Source: Gemmatimonadota bacterium
Lineage (GTDB): Bacteria; Gemmatimonadota; Gemmatimonadetes; Longimicrobiales; Gaopeijiaceae
NCBI GenBank assembly: GCA_039587535.1
Contig: JBDHIF010000011.1
Location: 1 to 64,000, forward strand
Direction of reading: 5' to 3'
DNA length: 64,000 bases
Under the pieces are notes generated by a model. It had not been told where the DNA came from, did no database searches, and saw nothing but the letters and a program-made list of their open reading frames with translations. Numbering within the stretch: position 1 is the first letter of the stretch; every line of letters starts with the position of its first letter. The position numbers and the translations under genes were made by a program. Positions 36,337 to 48,295 of this stretch are shown here, one piece after another.

Positions 36337-37758
36337 GTGCCAGACTTCACGACACTCGATGGCGACATCGTCACCCTTGCGGACGTCTCGGTGGCTTCCC
36401 TCTCGGAGTCACTCGACGGCGAGGTCATGACACCCTCCAGCGCGGGCTATGACGAGGCGCGATCGATCTGGAACGACATGATCGATCGGCGGCCCGGCCT
36501 GATCGTCATGTGTGAGAGCGCGGAGGATGTGGCCAGGGGGGTGCGCTTCGCAGCCGAGCACCGCGTCCTCCTGTCCATACACGGCGCCGGCCACAACATC
36601 GCGGGCAACGCCGTGTGTGACGGAGGTGTCGTGATCTCCTTCGCGCGAATGAAGGACGTCGCGGTCGATCCAGCGTCGCGCACCGTACGTGTCCAGCCTG
36701 GGGCGACGCTCGGGGACCTCGATGCGGCGACGCAAGTCCACGGCCTTGCCGTGCCCACCGGGATCAACTCGACGACCGGCATCGCGGGGCTGACGCTCGG
36801 TGGAGGATTCGGATGGCTGAGTCGGAAGCACGGGATGACGGTCGACAACCTGCTGTCCGCCGACGTCGTTCTCGCGGATGGGTCTTCGGTGGTGGCGAGC
36901 GAGACGGAACACACGGACCTCTTCTGGGGACTCCGCGGTGGGGGCGGCAACTTCGGTGTCGTGACGTCGTTCGAGTTCCAGGCGCATCCCATCGGGCCCG
37001 AGGTTCTGTCTGGGCTGATCGTCCACCCGTTCTCGGACGCCCCATCCGTGCTCCGGGCCTACCGTGACTACCTGAAGGGCGTGTCCGACGAGGTCACCGT
37101 GTGGGTCGTTTTGCGGAAGGCCCCGCCGCTGCCGTTCCTGCCGGAAGAAGTCCACGGGACGCCGGTCGTCGTCCTGGCGGCGATGTACGCGGGAGACATG
37201 GCTGAGGGCGAGGCCGCGCTCGCGCCCTTGCGCGCGATCGGAAATCCCATCGCAGACGTCATCGGACCGCACCCGTTCGCCGGGTGGCAACAGGCGTTCG
37301 ACCCGCTGTTGGAGCCGGGCGCGCGCAACTACTGGAAGACCCACGATTTCACCGAGATGAGCGACGAGGTGATCGACGCCGCCCTCGAGTTCGTTCCCAC
37401 GCTGCCTGATCCACAGTCAGAGGTCTTCTTCGCTCAACTGGGGGGAGCACAGGGACGTGTCGCCGACGACGCGACCGCATATCAGGGCCGGAGCGCAGGG
37501 TTCCTGATGAACGTCCACGGCCGGTGGAGCGACCCGGAGGCGGACGAACGCTGCATCGCGTGGTGTCGAGATCTCTACGAGCGGATGACTCCACTCGCGA
37601 CCGGCGAGGCGTACGTGAACTTCATGACCGAGGATGAGGGCGAACGGGTCGAAACGGCCTACGGGTCCAGCTACGCTCGCTTGGTCGACGTGAAGAACAC
37701 GTATGATCCGACCAATCTCTTCCGGATGAATCAGAACGTGGCTCCGACGGTCGGATAG
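36337..37758 (+). CDS. FAD-linked oxidase, berberine-bridge-enzyme-like (VAO family)
   Basis: FAD_binding_4 region (..RVLLSIHGAGHNIAGNAV..) and a C-terminal BBE motif ..YVNFMTEDEGERVETAYGSSYARLVDVKNTYDPTNLFRMNQNV. Confidence 0.75.
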   Translation: MPDFTTLDGDIVTLADVSVASLSESLDGEVMTPSSAGYDEARSIWNDMIDRRPGLIVMCESAEDVARGVRFAAEHRVLLSIHGAGHNIAGNAVCDGGVVISFARMKDVAVDPASRTVRVQPGATLGDLDAATQVHGLAVPTGINSTTGIAGLTLGGGFGWLSRKHGMTVDNLLSADVVLADGSSVVASETEHTDLFWGLRGGGGNFGVVTSFEFQAHPIGPEVLSGLIVHPFSDAPSVLRAYRDYLKGVSDEVTVWVVLRKAPPLPFLPEEVHGTPVVVLAAMYAGDMAEGEAALAPLRAIGNPIADVIGPHPFAGWQQAFDPLLEPGARNYWKTHDFTEMSDEVIDAALEFVPTLPDPQSEVFFAQLGGAQGRVADDATAYQGRSAGFLMNVHGRWSDPEADERCIAWCRDLYERMTPLATGEAYVNFMTEDEGERVETAYGSSYARLVDVKNTYDPTNLFRMNQNVAPTVG

Positions 37759-37803
37759 ACCGGGGAGCGTTTCGGGGGACCTGAGGCCCCGCCATGGAAC
37801 GCG

Positions 37804-37843
37804 GAAGCCCCGCTCGAGTCGACTGCCTCGAGCGGGGCTTGCT
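37804..37843. terminator. Bidirectional intrinsic terminator hairpin between the BBE oxidase (+) and HU (-)
   Basis: GAAGCCCCGCTCGAGTCGACTGCCTCGAGCGGGGCTTGC. Confidence 0.55.
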
Positions 37844-37956
37844 GCGTTCGTCCTCTGGCGGACTCCCGTGGGTCAAACCGGGACTCGCCTCAGGCGTTCA
37901 TGCCTGGGCGGTCGTTCCGATTATCTCGCGAGCCGGTCGGGTCGAAGGTCCTTGGG

Positions 37957-38250
37957 TCAGGTGCGGACGCGATCCTTGAGCCCCTTGCCGGCCTTGAAGG
38001 TCGGGACGGTCATGGCGGGGATCTGAATCGTCTCGCCCGTGCGGGGGTTACGGCCCTCACGCGCCTTCCGGCGCCGCGTGCCGAACGTGCCGAAGCCCGA
38101 GATCGTGAAGTCACGGCCGCCGTCCAACTCGACCGCGATGATCCCTTCCCTCGGCTCCGTCGAGAAGATGTGGTCGATCACCTCGCGAGCCTTGGCTTTG
38201 CTGAGGTCCGCCTTCTTGGCGAGCTTCGCCGAAAATTCGTCCTTGGTCAT
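37957..38250 (-). CDS. hup: Nucleoid-associated DNA-binding protein HU
   Basis: MTKDEFSAKLAKKADLSKAKAREVIDHIF...GFGTFGTRRRKAREGRNPRTGETIQIPA.. Confidence 0.85.
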   Translation of the reverse strand: MTKDEFSAKLAKKADLSKAKAREVIDHIFSTEPREGIIAVELDGGRDFTISGFGTFGTRRRKAREGRNPRTGETIQIPAMTVPTFKAGKGLKDRVRT

Positions 38251-38460
38251 CCTCGATCCTCCCCCTGCAATGGTGATAAACACAACGAATCCGAATGCTA
38301 GCAATTACGCACGATTCGGGGGGCTCGCAAGGGCTTGCACTTCATTGCCCGGCCAGAAGAGACGCGGGTTTCGTCGATTTCGACCCCAACCGGCGTGCTC
38401 GTGACGGGGTCGCCAGGAATGAATCCCGGCCCCGCTCGCATCACGAACGCTGACCTTTCC

Positions 38461-39015
38461 TCACTCGGCGGGGACAACCCCGCAGCTCTCATCGACCGCT
38501 CTCGAAATCTCGCTCGCGGTCACGCTGCCGTCGTCGAAGTATTCGTCCCGCAGCCTCTGGACGGTCCAGTCGCGGAGGCGCTCAGGGTCCGCCCCACGAC
38601 GCATGAGAACCGCCGATTCCGCGCATAGGGCTTGGGTTTCCAGCCTCAGGCGGCCCCGAGGCGTCACGGCCTGGCGGGCAAACTCCGTCGCCCCGAGAAG
38701 GTCGCATTGGTCGGCGTGGGCGGCTTCGTGGATGAAGGTGAGCTCTTCCTGTGAAGGGTGGAGCTCCTCGTCGAAACGCTGCAGCGGGCCGACGCCGGGC
38801 AGACACAGCGTGAGGGCCTCGGCCCCCTCGGGGATGGGCATGACATAGAACACCGACGGGATGAGCAGGACCAGGCTGGCGGCGGCGAGCAATATCACCG
38901 TAGCTCCGGCGGTGACGACTCCGGAGACCGTGGGCGGCGCCAGGCGCGCGGGGACTCCGGTTGCCGGCGCCTCCGTGGTGCTTTGACGCCCGTCAGGGGG
39001 GTGGGGCCGTCGCAT
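38461..39015 (-). CDS. Hypothetical membrane-anchored protein with an HExxH zinc-metallopeptidase-like motif (HEAAH)
   Basis: N-terminal TM, ..TFIHEAAHADQCDLLG.. Confidence 0.35.
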   Translation of the reverse strand: MRRPHPPDGRQSTTEAPATGVPARLAPPTVSGVVTAGATVILLAAASLVLLIPSVFYVMPIPEGAEALTLCLPGVGPLQRFDEELHPSQEELTFIHEAAHADQCDLLGATEFARQAVTPRGRLRLETQALCAESAVLMRRGADPERLRDWTVQRLRDEYFDDGSVTASEISRAVDESCGVVPAE

Positions 39016-39288
39016 CTGCGTCTCCGGGATTCCATGAACCGTCTGCCAGTCGGTTGATGGAAATTCCGGACCAGGGAGTCACGAAAGTCATAACTCATTG
39101 GCAATACGCGTCATGAGGCCACAGATGGGTATCCGGAGGTGTGGCGCATCCGGACCACCCTGATGTTTACGTGCTACAGTGGGCGACGGGACGCACGAGC
39201 CCACCCGAAAGATGTCGTGAATCCCTGAGGGATGTGCACTCGTAGGGGGAGTCAGCGAGGCTTCGTGGTCGTAGACGATTAGGGGGGC

Positions 39289-40206
39289 GTGATGCACGAC
39301 GAGTTCGAGAAGGCGGTGACGGGCGGCGCGACGAGGCGCGGGCTCTCTCCGATGGGATGGATCGTCCTTGCGGTGGCCTTCTTCGGGCTGGTGGGCACGC
39401 TGGGGGTCGGCTTCGTGGCCTACCGAGTCGCCAGTGGAGTAGGTGACGAGATCAGGAGCGCGGTGACCCGCGAGCTCGGCGCGACGCCCGGTGTGGTCGC
39501 GGCGAGAATGGCGTCACGCCTGGCCGGCGCCGACGAGCTTGTCTCGTTGGATCCCGAGGCCGGCTTGGCCCTCCTGTCGGACATGGACGGTGAAGACGCG
39601 CCGATGGACGTCCTGCGGACGATGGCCTCGCCGCTGGGGATGCCTGACGGATCTGCCCACCCCGACGCCCCGGAGGATGGGGGCGGGGCTTCCTTGCGTA
39701 TCAGATCCGGGGACAGCCGGGTTGCCTTCGATCTGAGCCGCACGGAAGACGGGGGCCTGCTCACCATCGACTCTGACGAGGGACGCGTAAACCTGCAGCT
39801 GGTGGAAGGCGACGGCGGGGGTCATCTCCGAATCCAGGCCGACCACAGAGACGTCGTAGTCTCGTTCGGCGGCGAGGCGGAGGGTGCGCCTCGGTGGGTC
39901 GATCGAGTGCGAGAGATTCCCGGACGAGCCCAACCGGTGGCATCCATCCGATCGGACCGGGGCCGTCTCGGCGCCGTGGCCTGGGAATCGTCCGAGGACC
40001 CATCCGAGCTCCTCGCGTCATGGGCCGAAGCGGTGGAGGCGGAAGGATACGAGGTGAAGGTCGAGCACCGTGTCCGTGATGGAGCGGAGGCGCACGGATC
40101 ACTCTGGGGCCGGCACGCGGTCGACGAGCGGATGATCTTCGTTGTCGCGCATCGAGACCACCGTGGGCGGTCGGGCGTGCTCGTGGGGTACGGCGAGAAG
40201 CGCTAG
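39289..40206 (+). CDS. Hypothetical membrane-anchored protein
   Basis: N-terminal TM (GWIVLAVAFFGLVGTLGVGFVAY). No family recognised. Confidence 0.35.
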   Translation: MMHDEFEKAVTGGATRRGLSPMGWIVLAVAFFGLVGTLGVGFVAYRVASGVGDEIRSAVTRELGATPGVVAARMASRLAGADELVSLDPEAGLALLSDMDGEDAPMDVLRTMASPLGMPDGSAHPDAPEDGGGASLRIRSGDSRVAFDLSRTEDGGLLTIDSDEGRVNLQLVEGDGGGHLRIQADHRDVVVSFGGEAEGAPRWVDRVREIPGRAQPVASIRSDRGRLGAVAWESSEDPSELLASWAEAVEAEGYEVKVEHRVRDGAEAHGSLWGRHAVDERMIFVVAHRDHRGRSGVLVGYGEKR

Positions 40207-40391
40207 CCAGGGTTCGTTCGGAGCACCGCTTCCCGCATCCTGGGGGCGATCCCGTCTCGAGTCCCGCGTCGGCTCGTGGCGCCGACCGAATCGCGACCCC
40301 TGTTTGTGTATCTTGGCGCGGGCCCCCACCGTGAGCGAAGCTTCCCGACGAGGGTGCCTCTCCTTGAACGCCCTGGAGGCTGGCGCCCCCC

Positions 40392-41087
40392 ATGCAGGTT
40401 ACGACAGCCTTTCAGGACGATCCGATGAATCTCCTCCGCTCCCGCGATTTCTGGTGGGACATGGGTCGGCTGCAGGTGGGCCTCTTCCTGTTCGGTTTGG
40501 CCGTCGCGCTGATGCTCGAAGCCCGGATCGGCCTGGATCCTTGGTCCGCGTTCCACGAGATCGTGAGCATACGCTCCGGATTGAGTTTCGGTCGTATCTC
40601 GCAGGGCGTGGGGCTGATGCTGATCGTGTTCAGCAGGCTCGTGTTGGCGGTTCGTCCGGGGGTCGCGACGATCTGCAACATGCTGATCATCGGGCCGTGG
40701 GTGGACGTCCTCCGCCCGTGGGTGGCGTTCGGGGTCGAGGGCCTGCCTGGGACCATCCAGTTCGTATGCGGCATCCTGGTCTTGGGCATGGGAACCGCCG
40801 TCTACATCGGTGCGCGGCTCGGCGCTGGTCCTCGGGACGGGTTGGCCATGGGACTCGCCCGCCGCATCGGACGGAGTCTGCGTGCGGCGAGAATCGGCGT
40901 CGAGGTGACGGTGTTGGGTGTTGCGGCCCTCCTGGGAGGATTCATCGGGTGGGGCACCTTGATCTTCGCCGTGCTCATGGGTCCGACGATGCAAGCGAGC
41001 CTGAGATTGTTCGCGGTCTCGCACGACCCCTCGCCACAATACCGACGGTACGGAGTGCGTTCTCCTCACACGGGCGGCATCGGGTGA
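40392..41087 (+). CDS. YczE/YitT-like integral membrane protein
   Basis: Multi-TM, ..LGLDPWSAFHE.., ..GAGPRDGLAMGL.. Confidence 0.4.
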   Translation: MQVTTAFQDDPMNLLRSRDFWWDMGRLQVGLFLFGLAVALMLEARIGLDPWSAFHEIVSIRSGLSFGRISQGVGLMLIVFSRLVLAVRPGVATICNMLIIGPWVDVLRPWVAFGVEGLPGTIQFVCGILVLGMGTAVYIGARLGAGPRDGLAMGLARRIGRSLRAARIGVEVTVLGVAALLGGFIGWGTLIFAVLMGPTMQASLRLFAVSHDPSPQYRRYGVRSPHTGGIG

Positions 41088-41189
41088 GCTCCTGGCTTGC
41101 TGGCCGATACCGCGCATGGAGCCGCCTCAGGTATCGGGGGTGACCCTCCAGCGCGGGTGCGCCGCTTCCCGATCCGTCTGGCAAAGAAA

Positions 41190-41220
41190 GGGGTGGCGCC
41201 CCCGTACGGGGACGCCACCC
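41190..41220. terminator. Bidirectional terminator hairpin between the convergent YczE-like gene and katG
   Basis: GGGGTGGCGCCCCCGTACGGGGACGCCACCC. Confidence 0.45.
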
Positions 41221-41271
41221 TGAGCGCTCGAACCCGGTAGCCTTCTTCGCCGGACCGACCGTCGGCTCAGG

Positions 41272-43770
<2,499 letters not shown>

Positions 43771-44049
43771 TCAGGCCCGGGGGTCCGGGCTCTCGGAGGG
43801 GGGGGATGGGAGGGCGGCATCGGACCCTCCCTTTGGTGCGTCTTCCCCCGGCTCCAGGAGTGCTCGATAGAAATCCCGCTCCTCCTCGAGCCTCAGGACG
43901 CGCTGGTGGAGCTGTTCGACGGTCTCCGTCAGGCGCGAGGAGCCTTGATCCGACGGCGGCGTGGGCGCGGGACGCCCGACGCGAGCCTTGATCACCTCTC
44001 CGGCCGTGGCGACGATCACGATAACGATGACGAACTCGAAGATGCCCAC
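43771..44049 (-). CDS. Small membrane protein, PspB-like (TM plus coiled-coil LxxRVLRLEEERDFYRALL)
   Basis: MGIFEFVIVIVIVATAG.. TM followed by a heptad helix. Family assignment is tentative. Confidence 0.3.
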   Translation of the reverse strand: MGIFEFVIVIVIVATAGEVIKARVGRPAPTPPSDQGSSRLTETVEQLHQRVLRLEEERDFYRALLEPGEDAPKGGSDAALPSPPSESPDPRA

Positions 44050-44223
44050 CGAACCTCCTGCACCCTTTCACGGGTCGACCCCGTCCTCTGCTCGCTCCGA
44101 GACTAACCTGTCCTGCGGCTCCGGCCAACCGAGAAGTCGGCCTCCCTTTCTCTGCTTACGCGGGAACCCATGCCGGTTGGATGGGTGAGAGAACGCTCCA
44201 GCCCGGCTCGAACCACGGCCGCC

Positions 44224-45270
44224 ATGATACCCACATCCCGCTCGTCCGGATTCCTCTCGGCGGTGCTCGCCCTGACGGTCAGTGCAACGTGTGTGGCCGC
44301 TCAATCCATGAGCACGAAGGAGCAGGTCCGCTATCTGAACCCGCGCGATGGTACGGAACTCACGGCTTGGCTCGCCTTACCGGGAGGGCCGGGACCTCAC
44401 CCGGCGGTGGTGCTCCTGTCCGTGGCGGGCACAGACCCCCTCGTGCGTCGACTGATGGACGAAGGCTATGCCGTGCTCGAGCCCGCTCTACGAGGCTTCG
44501 TGGAGGTGGAGCCGCTCTTGCGGGCCAGCTATGAAGATCTGTCGGGTGACGTGTCGGCCAGCGTGGCCTATCTGAGATCCTTGTCCGCTGTCGACGGGGA
44601 GGCGGTGGCGCTCGTCGCTCAGGGAGACAACAGCCCGCAGGCCATGCTCCACGCAGCCGGTGCCGATCCCCCACTCCCCCTTGTCCTGCTGGCGCCTCCA
44701 GCGTTCCCCGGCATTGACGCGTTCGCGCTGGAGCAGCGCTGGATCGCGGAGAATCAGGGGGCCGGACCCGAGGATCTCGAAGCCTTGGATGCCTATGTTC
44801 GGGAGATCGGCGAGATCGCGACCGGCGTGAGCGATCCGTTCCGGCGCCAGGTCGCGCTGGAGGGGCTGCGGTCGCGCTCGGCGGTGCAGCTGCCCCGGAA
44901 CGCGGCGTTTCCGATGGATGAGGGACAGATGCGATTCCTGGCCAGCCGCATCTGGCACGACCGCTTGGCCTTCGAGCCCGAGCGGGCGCTGGCGGGCTTG
45001 ACGTCTCCGGTGCTGCTCCTGGTCGGAGCCGATGACGCGAACACGCCCACGGACCGCTACCTGGAAGCAGTCAGGCGCGGATTGGAGGGTGCCCGCACCG
45101 ACGACGCGACGGTATGCCGCGTGCCCGGCAGGACTCGGCACGCCTTCTCCAGAGCAGCGCTGGACGCCCTTGTCCATTGGCTCGTGGCGCAGGGGGATCC
45201 CGGTCGGGACTCCGTGCCCGCTTCGAGGTTGGGCTGTCTGGAGGACGAAGCCGAGCGATCGGCTGGCTGA
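44224..45270 (+). CDS. Secreted alpha/beta-hydrolase fold protein
   Basis: Signal peptide MIPTSRSSGFLSAVLALTVSATCVAAQS, ..LVAQGDNS.. nucleophile-elbow-like. Confidence 0.45.
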   Translation: MIPTSRSSGFLSAVLALTVSATCVAAQSMSTKEQVRYLNPRDGTELTAWLALPGGPGPHPAVVLLSVAGTDPLVRRLMDEGYAVLEPALRGFVEVEPLLRASYEDLSGDVSASVAYLRSLSAVDGEAVALVAQGDNSPQAMLHAAGADPPLPLVLLAPPAFPGIDAFALEQRWIAENQGAGPEDLEALDAYVREIGEIATGVSDPFRRQVALEGLRSRSAVQLPRNAAFPMDEGQMRFLASRIWHDRLAFEPERALAGLTSPVLLLVGADDANTPTDRYLEAVRRGLEGARTDDATVCRVPGRTRHAFSRAALDALVHWLVAQGDPGRDSVPASRLGCLEDEAERSAG

Positions 45271-45334
45271 CCATGCGCCCGTCCAGTGAGATATCTTCCA
45301 GGCACCCACGGGCCCATTTCCCAGGAGGTGCTGT

Positions 45335-45787
45335 GTGAAGGATGTCTTCGATCCCGGCGTAGCCCACGAGATCACGGAGCGGATCCGTGCGCTTCGACCC
45401 GGCACACAGCCCGCTTGGGGCAAGATGGACGTCGGCAAGATGTTGGCGCATTGCTGCGTGCCCTACGAGATGGCGCTGGAGGGCAAGCACCCCACGGCGG
45501 GCCGTGTCGCCAGGTTCTTCCTGAAGACTTTCGTGAAACGGGGCGTCGTCGGAGAGAAGCCCTACAGGAAGAACTCCCCGACGGCACCGGCCTTCAAGAT
45601 CACGGACGAGCGTGACTTCGAGCGGGAGCGGGACCGGCTCATCGAGTACGTGGAGCGTACCGCGGAGCTCGGAGGGGAGCATTTCGACGGTCTGGAGTCT
45701 CCCTCGTTCGGGCCCCTGACGCGGCTGGAGTGGAACAACCTGTTCTACAAGCACATCGACCACCACCTGACCCAGTTCGGGGTCTGA
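45335..45787 (+). CDS. DinB-like / DUF1569-family four-helix-bundle protein
   Basis: ..KMLAHCCVPYEMAL.. and C-terminal ..YKHIDHHLTQFG. Confidence 0.4.
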   Translation: MKDVFDPGVAHEITERIRALRPGTQPAWGKMDVGKMLAHCCVPYEMALEGKHPTAGRVARFFLKTFVKRGVVGEKPYRKNSPTAPAFKITDERDFERERDRLIEYVERTAELGGEHFDGLESPSFGPLTRLEWNNLFYKHIDHHLTQFGV

Positions 45788-45792
45788 GCGAC

Positions 45793-46419
45793 ATGCAGGC
45801 GTGGGTCGACCACCTGATCATCGCTGGTCCGAGCCTCGAGGCAGCCGTGGACCACGTACGAACGACGCTGGGCATCGACGCGTCGCCCGGAGGGGCGCAT
45901 CCGGGAGTCGGGACTAGGAACGCACTCGCCCGTCTCGGGCCGGGGGTCTACCTCGAGATCATCGGGCCGGACCCCGAACAACCGACCCCTGAGCTGCCGA
46001 GGTGGTTCGGGATCGATGAGCTCCGGGCTCCGCGGTTGGTCACCTGGTCCGCGCGAACCGACGACCTGGAGGGCGCGCGCTCGGCCATGCTCGGGGCCGG
46101 GGTGGATCCCGGCCCGATCTCGGGTGGAGGGCGTCGCCGCCCCGACGGTGTACATCTGACCTGGCGCGCCACCGATCCCAGAGCGGACCGACTGGGGGGT
46201 GTCGTTCCGTTCCTGATGGATTGGGGTGAGAGTGAGCACCCATCGGATGCGCTTTCTGGTGGGCTGGAGTTGCTCGGCGTCCGCTTGTACCACCCTCGGC
46301 CGGAGGCCGTGCGAGCCGTGACCGCCGCCCTCTCGCTTCCCGTGGACGTCGTCGGCCGGGGGGTGCCCGGGCTCGAATCGGACGTGCGCGCTCCTCACGG
46401 TGTAGTGACGCTTCGCTGA
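45793..46419 (+). CDS. VOC-family protein (Glyoxalase_3-like)
   Basis: MQAWVDHLIIAGPSLEAAVDHVRTTLGIDASPGGAHPGVGTRNALARLGPGVYLEIIGPD. Confidence 0.45.
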   Translation: MQAWVDHLIIAGPSLEAAVDHVRTTLGIDASPGGAHPGVGTRNALARLGPGVYLEIIGPDPEQPTPELPRWFGIDELRAPRLVTWSARTDDLEGARSAMLGAGVDPGPISGGGRRRPDGVHLTWRATDPRADRLGGVVPFLMDWGESEHPSDALSGGLELLGVRLYHPRPEAVRAVTAALSLPVDVVGRGVPGLESDVRAPHGVVTLR

Positions 46420-46778
46420 GGCCCGGCGGGTCGGGTCGCGAGCGCCCGGAAGTCCCGTATTCGTTTCCGGAGTCGGGACCTCGCTGCCGGACCGCGGGGC
46501 CCGAATCGCGTCACAGTTTTCCGGGATCTCTACCTGGGTGCTGTCCGGCGAAGTCCGCGAGCCACCATCCGTGGCCCCTTCGTGGCCGGCACGGGGTGGT
46601 TGTACATGTCTCTACCGTGTTCTACAGCAACATGTTGCGGGGGCACGGCTAGTCCGATGCGGCCGCCCGGGCGAGCGTCGGGGCACGCTTCCTGCGCTTT
46701 CCCGAAGCCGGAAACGCATGTGTGGCCCCCTCTCCAGGGATGGGGCCCGAAGGCAAGATCGACGCAAGGAGGACGAAC

Positions 46779-47135
46779 ATGTCCCGTATGCTTCTTATCG
46801 CGGCTTTCATGGCGGCGCCTATCGTGATGATCCCCTCCCAGGCCGATGCGCAGCAGCGTGGATCGGACAGAGCGAGGGCAGCCACGGTCAATGGAAATCC
46901 GGGTGCGGAGACGACCTCGAAGGGACGCGAAACGGCCCCCGAGGGGTTGAGAAGGGCGTGGGAAGGGCGTACGCCCCCACCGGCACTCCAGCGGCGCTTC
47001 CCGGGTCTGGCTACGCAGACGGTCCCTGAGCCCCCGTCAGAACCCGGCGACGACTGCCCGACGACGTTCGTGCTGGCACCGGACGGTACGTTGGTAGAGG
47101 TGGATTGCCACGGGATCGTGATCGGAGCCGATTAA
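46779..47135 (+). CDS. Small secreted hypothetical protein
   Basis: Strong RBS AAGGAGG 7 nt upstream of the ATG. Signal peptide MSRMLLIAAFMAAPIVMIPSQADA. Confidence 0.45.
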   Translation: MSRMLLIAAFMAAPIVMIPSQADAQQRGSDRARAATVNGNPGAETTSKGRETAPEGLRRAWEGRTPPPALQRRFPGLATQTVPEPPSEPGDDCPTTFVLAPDGTLVEVDCHGIVIGAD

Positions 47136-47152
47136 CGGCCCGGGCACGGTCG

Positions 47153-48058
47153 CTACCGACCGGTCACGGTGGGTCCCCGTCGGGGCAGGGCCGGGACCAG
47201 CGTGGTTCCACCGTTCCACCCGCGCACGTGGAAGCGGCGCGCCTTCGAGGTGGTCTCGCCGGTCTCGTCGTTGCGGACGGTCACGATGAGCCGATACGGG
47301 CCCTCGGGGAGTGCCGACTCGACCCGACGGAGCTCCGAGACAGTGCCGTCCGGGCCCGCCCCCGATTGGTCCGAGAAGATGGCCCGCACGGCGGGGGCTC
47401 GGGGTAGGGATTCCTGCTCAGCCCCCTCGAGCGAGACGATCGAGATCTCGGTCGAGTAGGGATCGCTCGTCGGCAGGTTGTAGATCTCGTAATAGACCTC
47501 GAACGCGCTCTCCGGAAATTGACTCGTGGGTAGCAGCGCGAGGGAGGCTCCACCTCGAGCCCATCCGTGGGCGCGGTCCGGGAGTCCCAGTGCGAGATCA
47601 CTGAGCATCAGGTCGGTACCGGAGTAGTCAGGCACGGGGTAAGGCGACTGATACATTTGGCCGACACCCGGTGTGCTGGCGTCGGTCATGATGACCCTCT
47701 GGTGGGTGGCCGATGTGGGCTCGGCGTCGAGCTCCACCCATGTATGCAGGAGGTGGTCCCCGTCCAGAGGGGCGCCGGAGGCCACGAACACCGAGTCGTC
47801 GCTCCGGGTGACGAGATGGCGCACGGTGTCCGTGAGCATGAACGTCACATCGAAGCGATAGCGGGAGGTCCCGTCCTCCGACGTCCGATGCAGCTCCCTG
47901 ACCGGGACCGCGAAAGACGCGACGACCCGCGTGGCCCCCTCTTCCCCTCGGAACGTGTAGAGGTCGTAGGCGAAGGGGAGCGGTCCCAGTCCCGACGCCG
48001 TACCTGCCGAGAGGAACAGAGCCAGCGCAGCGCCAACGGCCAGGGTCTTGCCGCTCAT
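47153..48058 (-). CDS. Secreted hypothetical protein
   Basis: Signal MSGKTLAVGAALALFLSAGTASG. Coupled to an upstream small lipoprotein gene. Confidence 0.4.
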   Translation of the reverse strand: MSGKTLAVGAALALFLSAGTASGLGPLPFAYDLYTFRGEEGATRVVASFAVPVRELHRTSEDGTSRYRFDVTFMLTDTVRHLVTRSDDSVFVASGAPLDGDHLLHTWVELDAEPTSATHQRVIMTDASTPGVGQMYQSPYPVPDYSGTDLMLSDLALGLPDRAHGWARGGASLALLPTSQFPESAFEVYYEIYNLPTSDPYSTEISIVSLEGAEQESLPRAPAVRAIFSDQSGAGPDGTVSELRRVESALPEGPYRLIVTVRNDETGETTSKARRFHVRGWNGGTTLVPALPRRGPTVTGR

Positions 48059-48063
48059 CGCTC

Positions 48064-48294
48064 TTAGCCTCCGATGCTGTCGTGAGCCTCGGCCCTGGCG
48101 GCCGCGGCGTCCCCGGCCCTCAGGGCGGCACCCACGGCGCCGGCGCCGGGGATCGGGAGGCTCGCCGTGATGCTGTCCCTTTGAGCGCGGCTGAGCGTGT
48201 CGGCGCCCGTGGACCGCTCGGGTTCGGGCGACCCGCAGGCCTGCATGCCTGCGGCGAGGATGGCGACTGTGAGACCGCGGGTCAGCGTCCGCAT
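48064..48294 (-). CDS. Small lipoprotein (76 aa)
   Basis: MRTLTRGLTVAILAAGMQAC|GS lipobox. Confidence 0.35.
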   Translation of the reverse strand: MRTLTRGLTVAILAAGMQACGSPEPERSTGADTLSRAQRDSITASLPIPGAGAVGAALRAGDAAAARAEAHDSIGG

Positions 48295-48295
48295 G

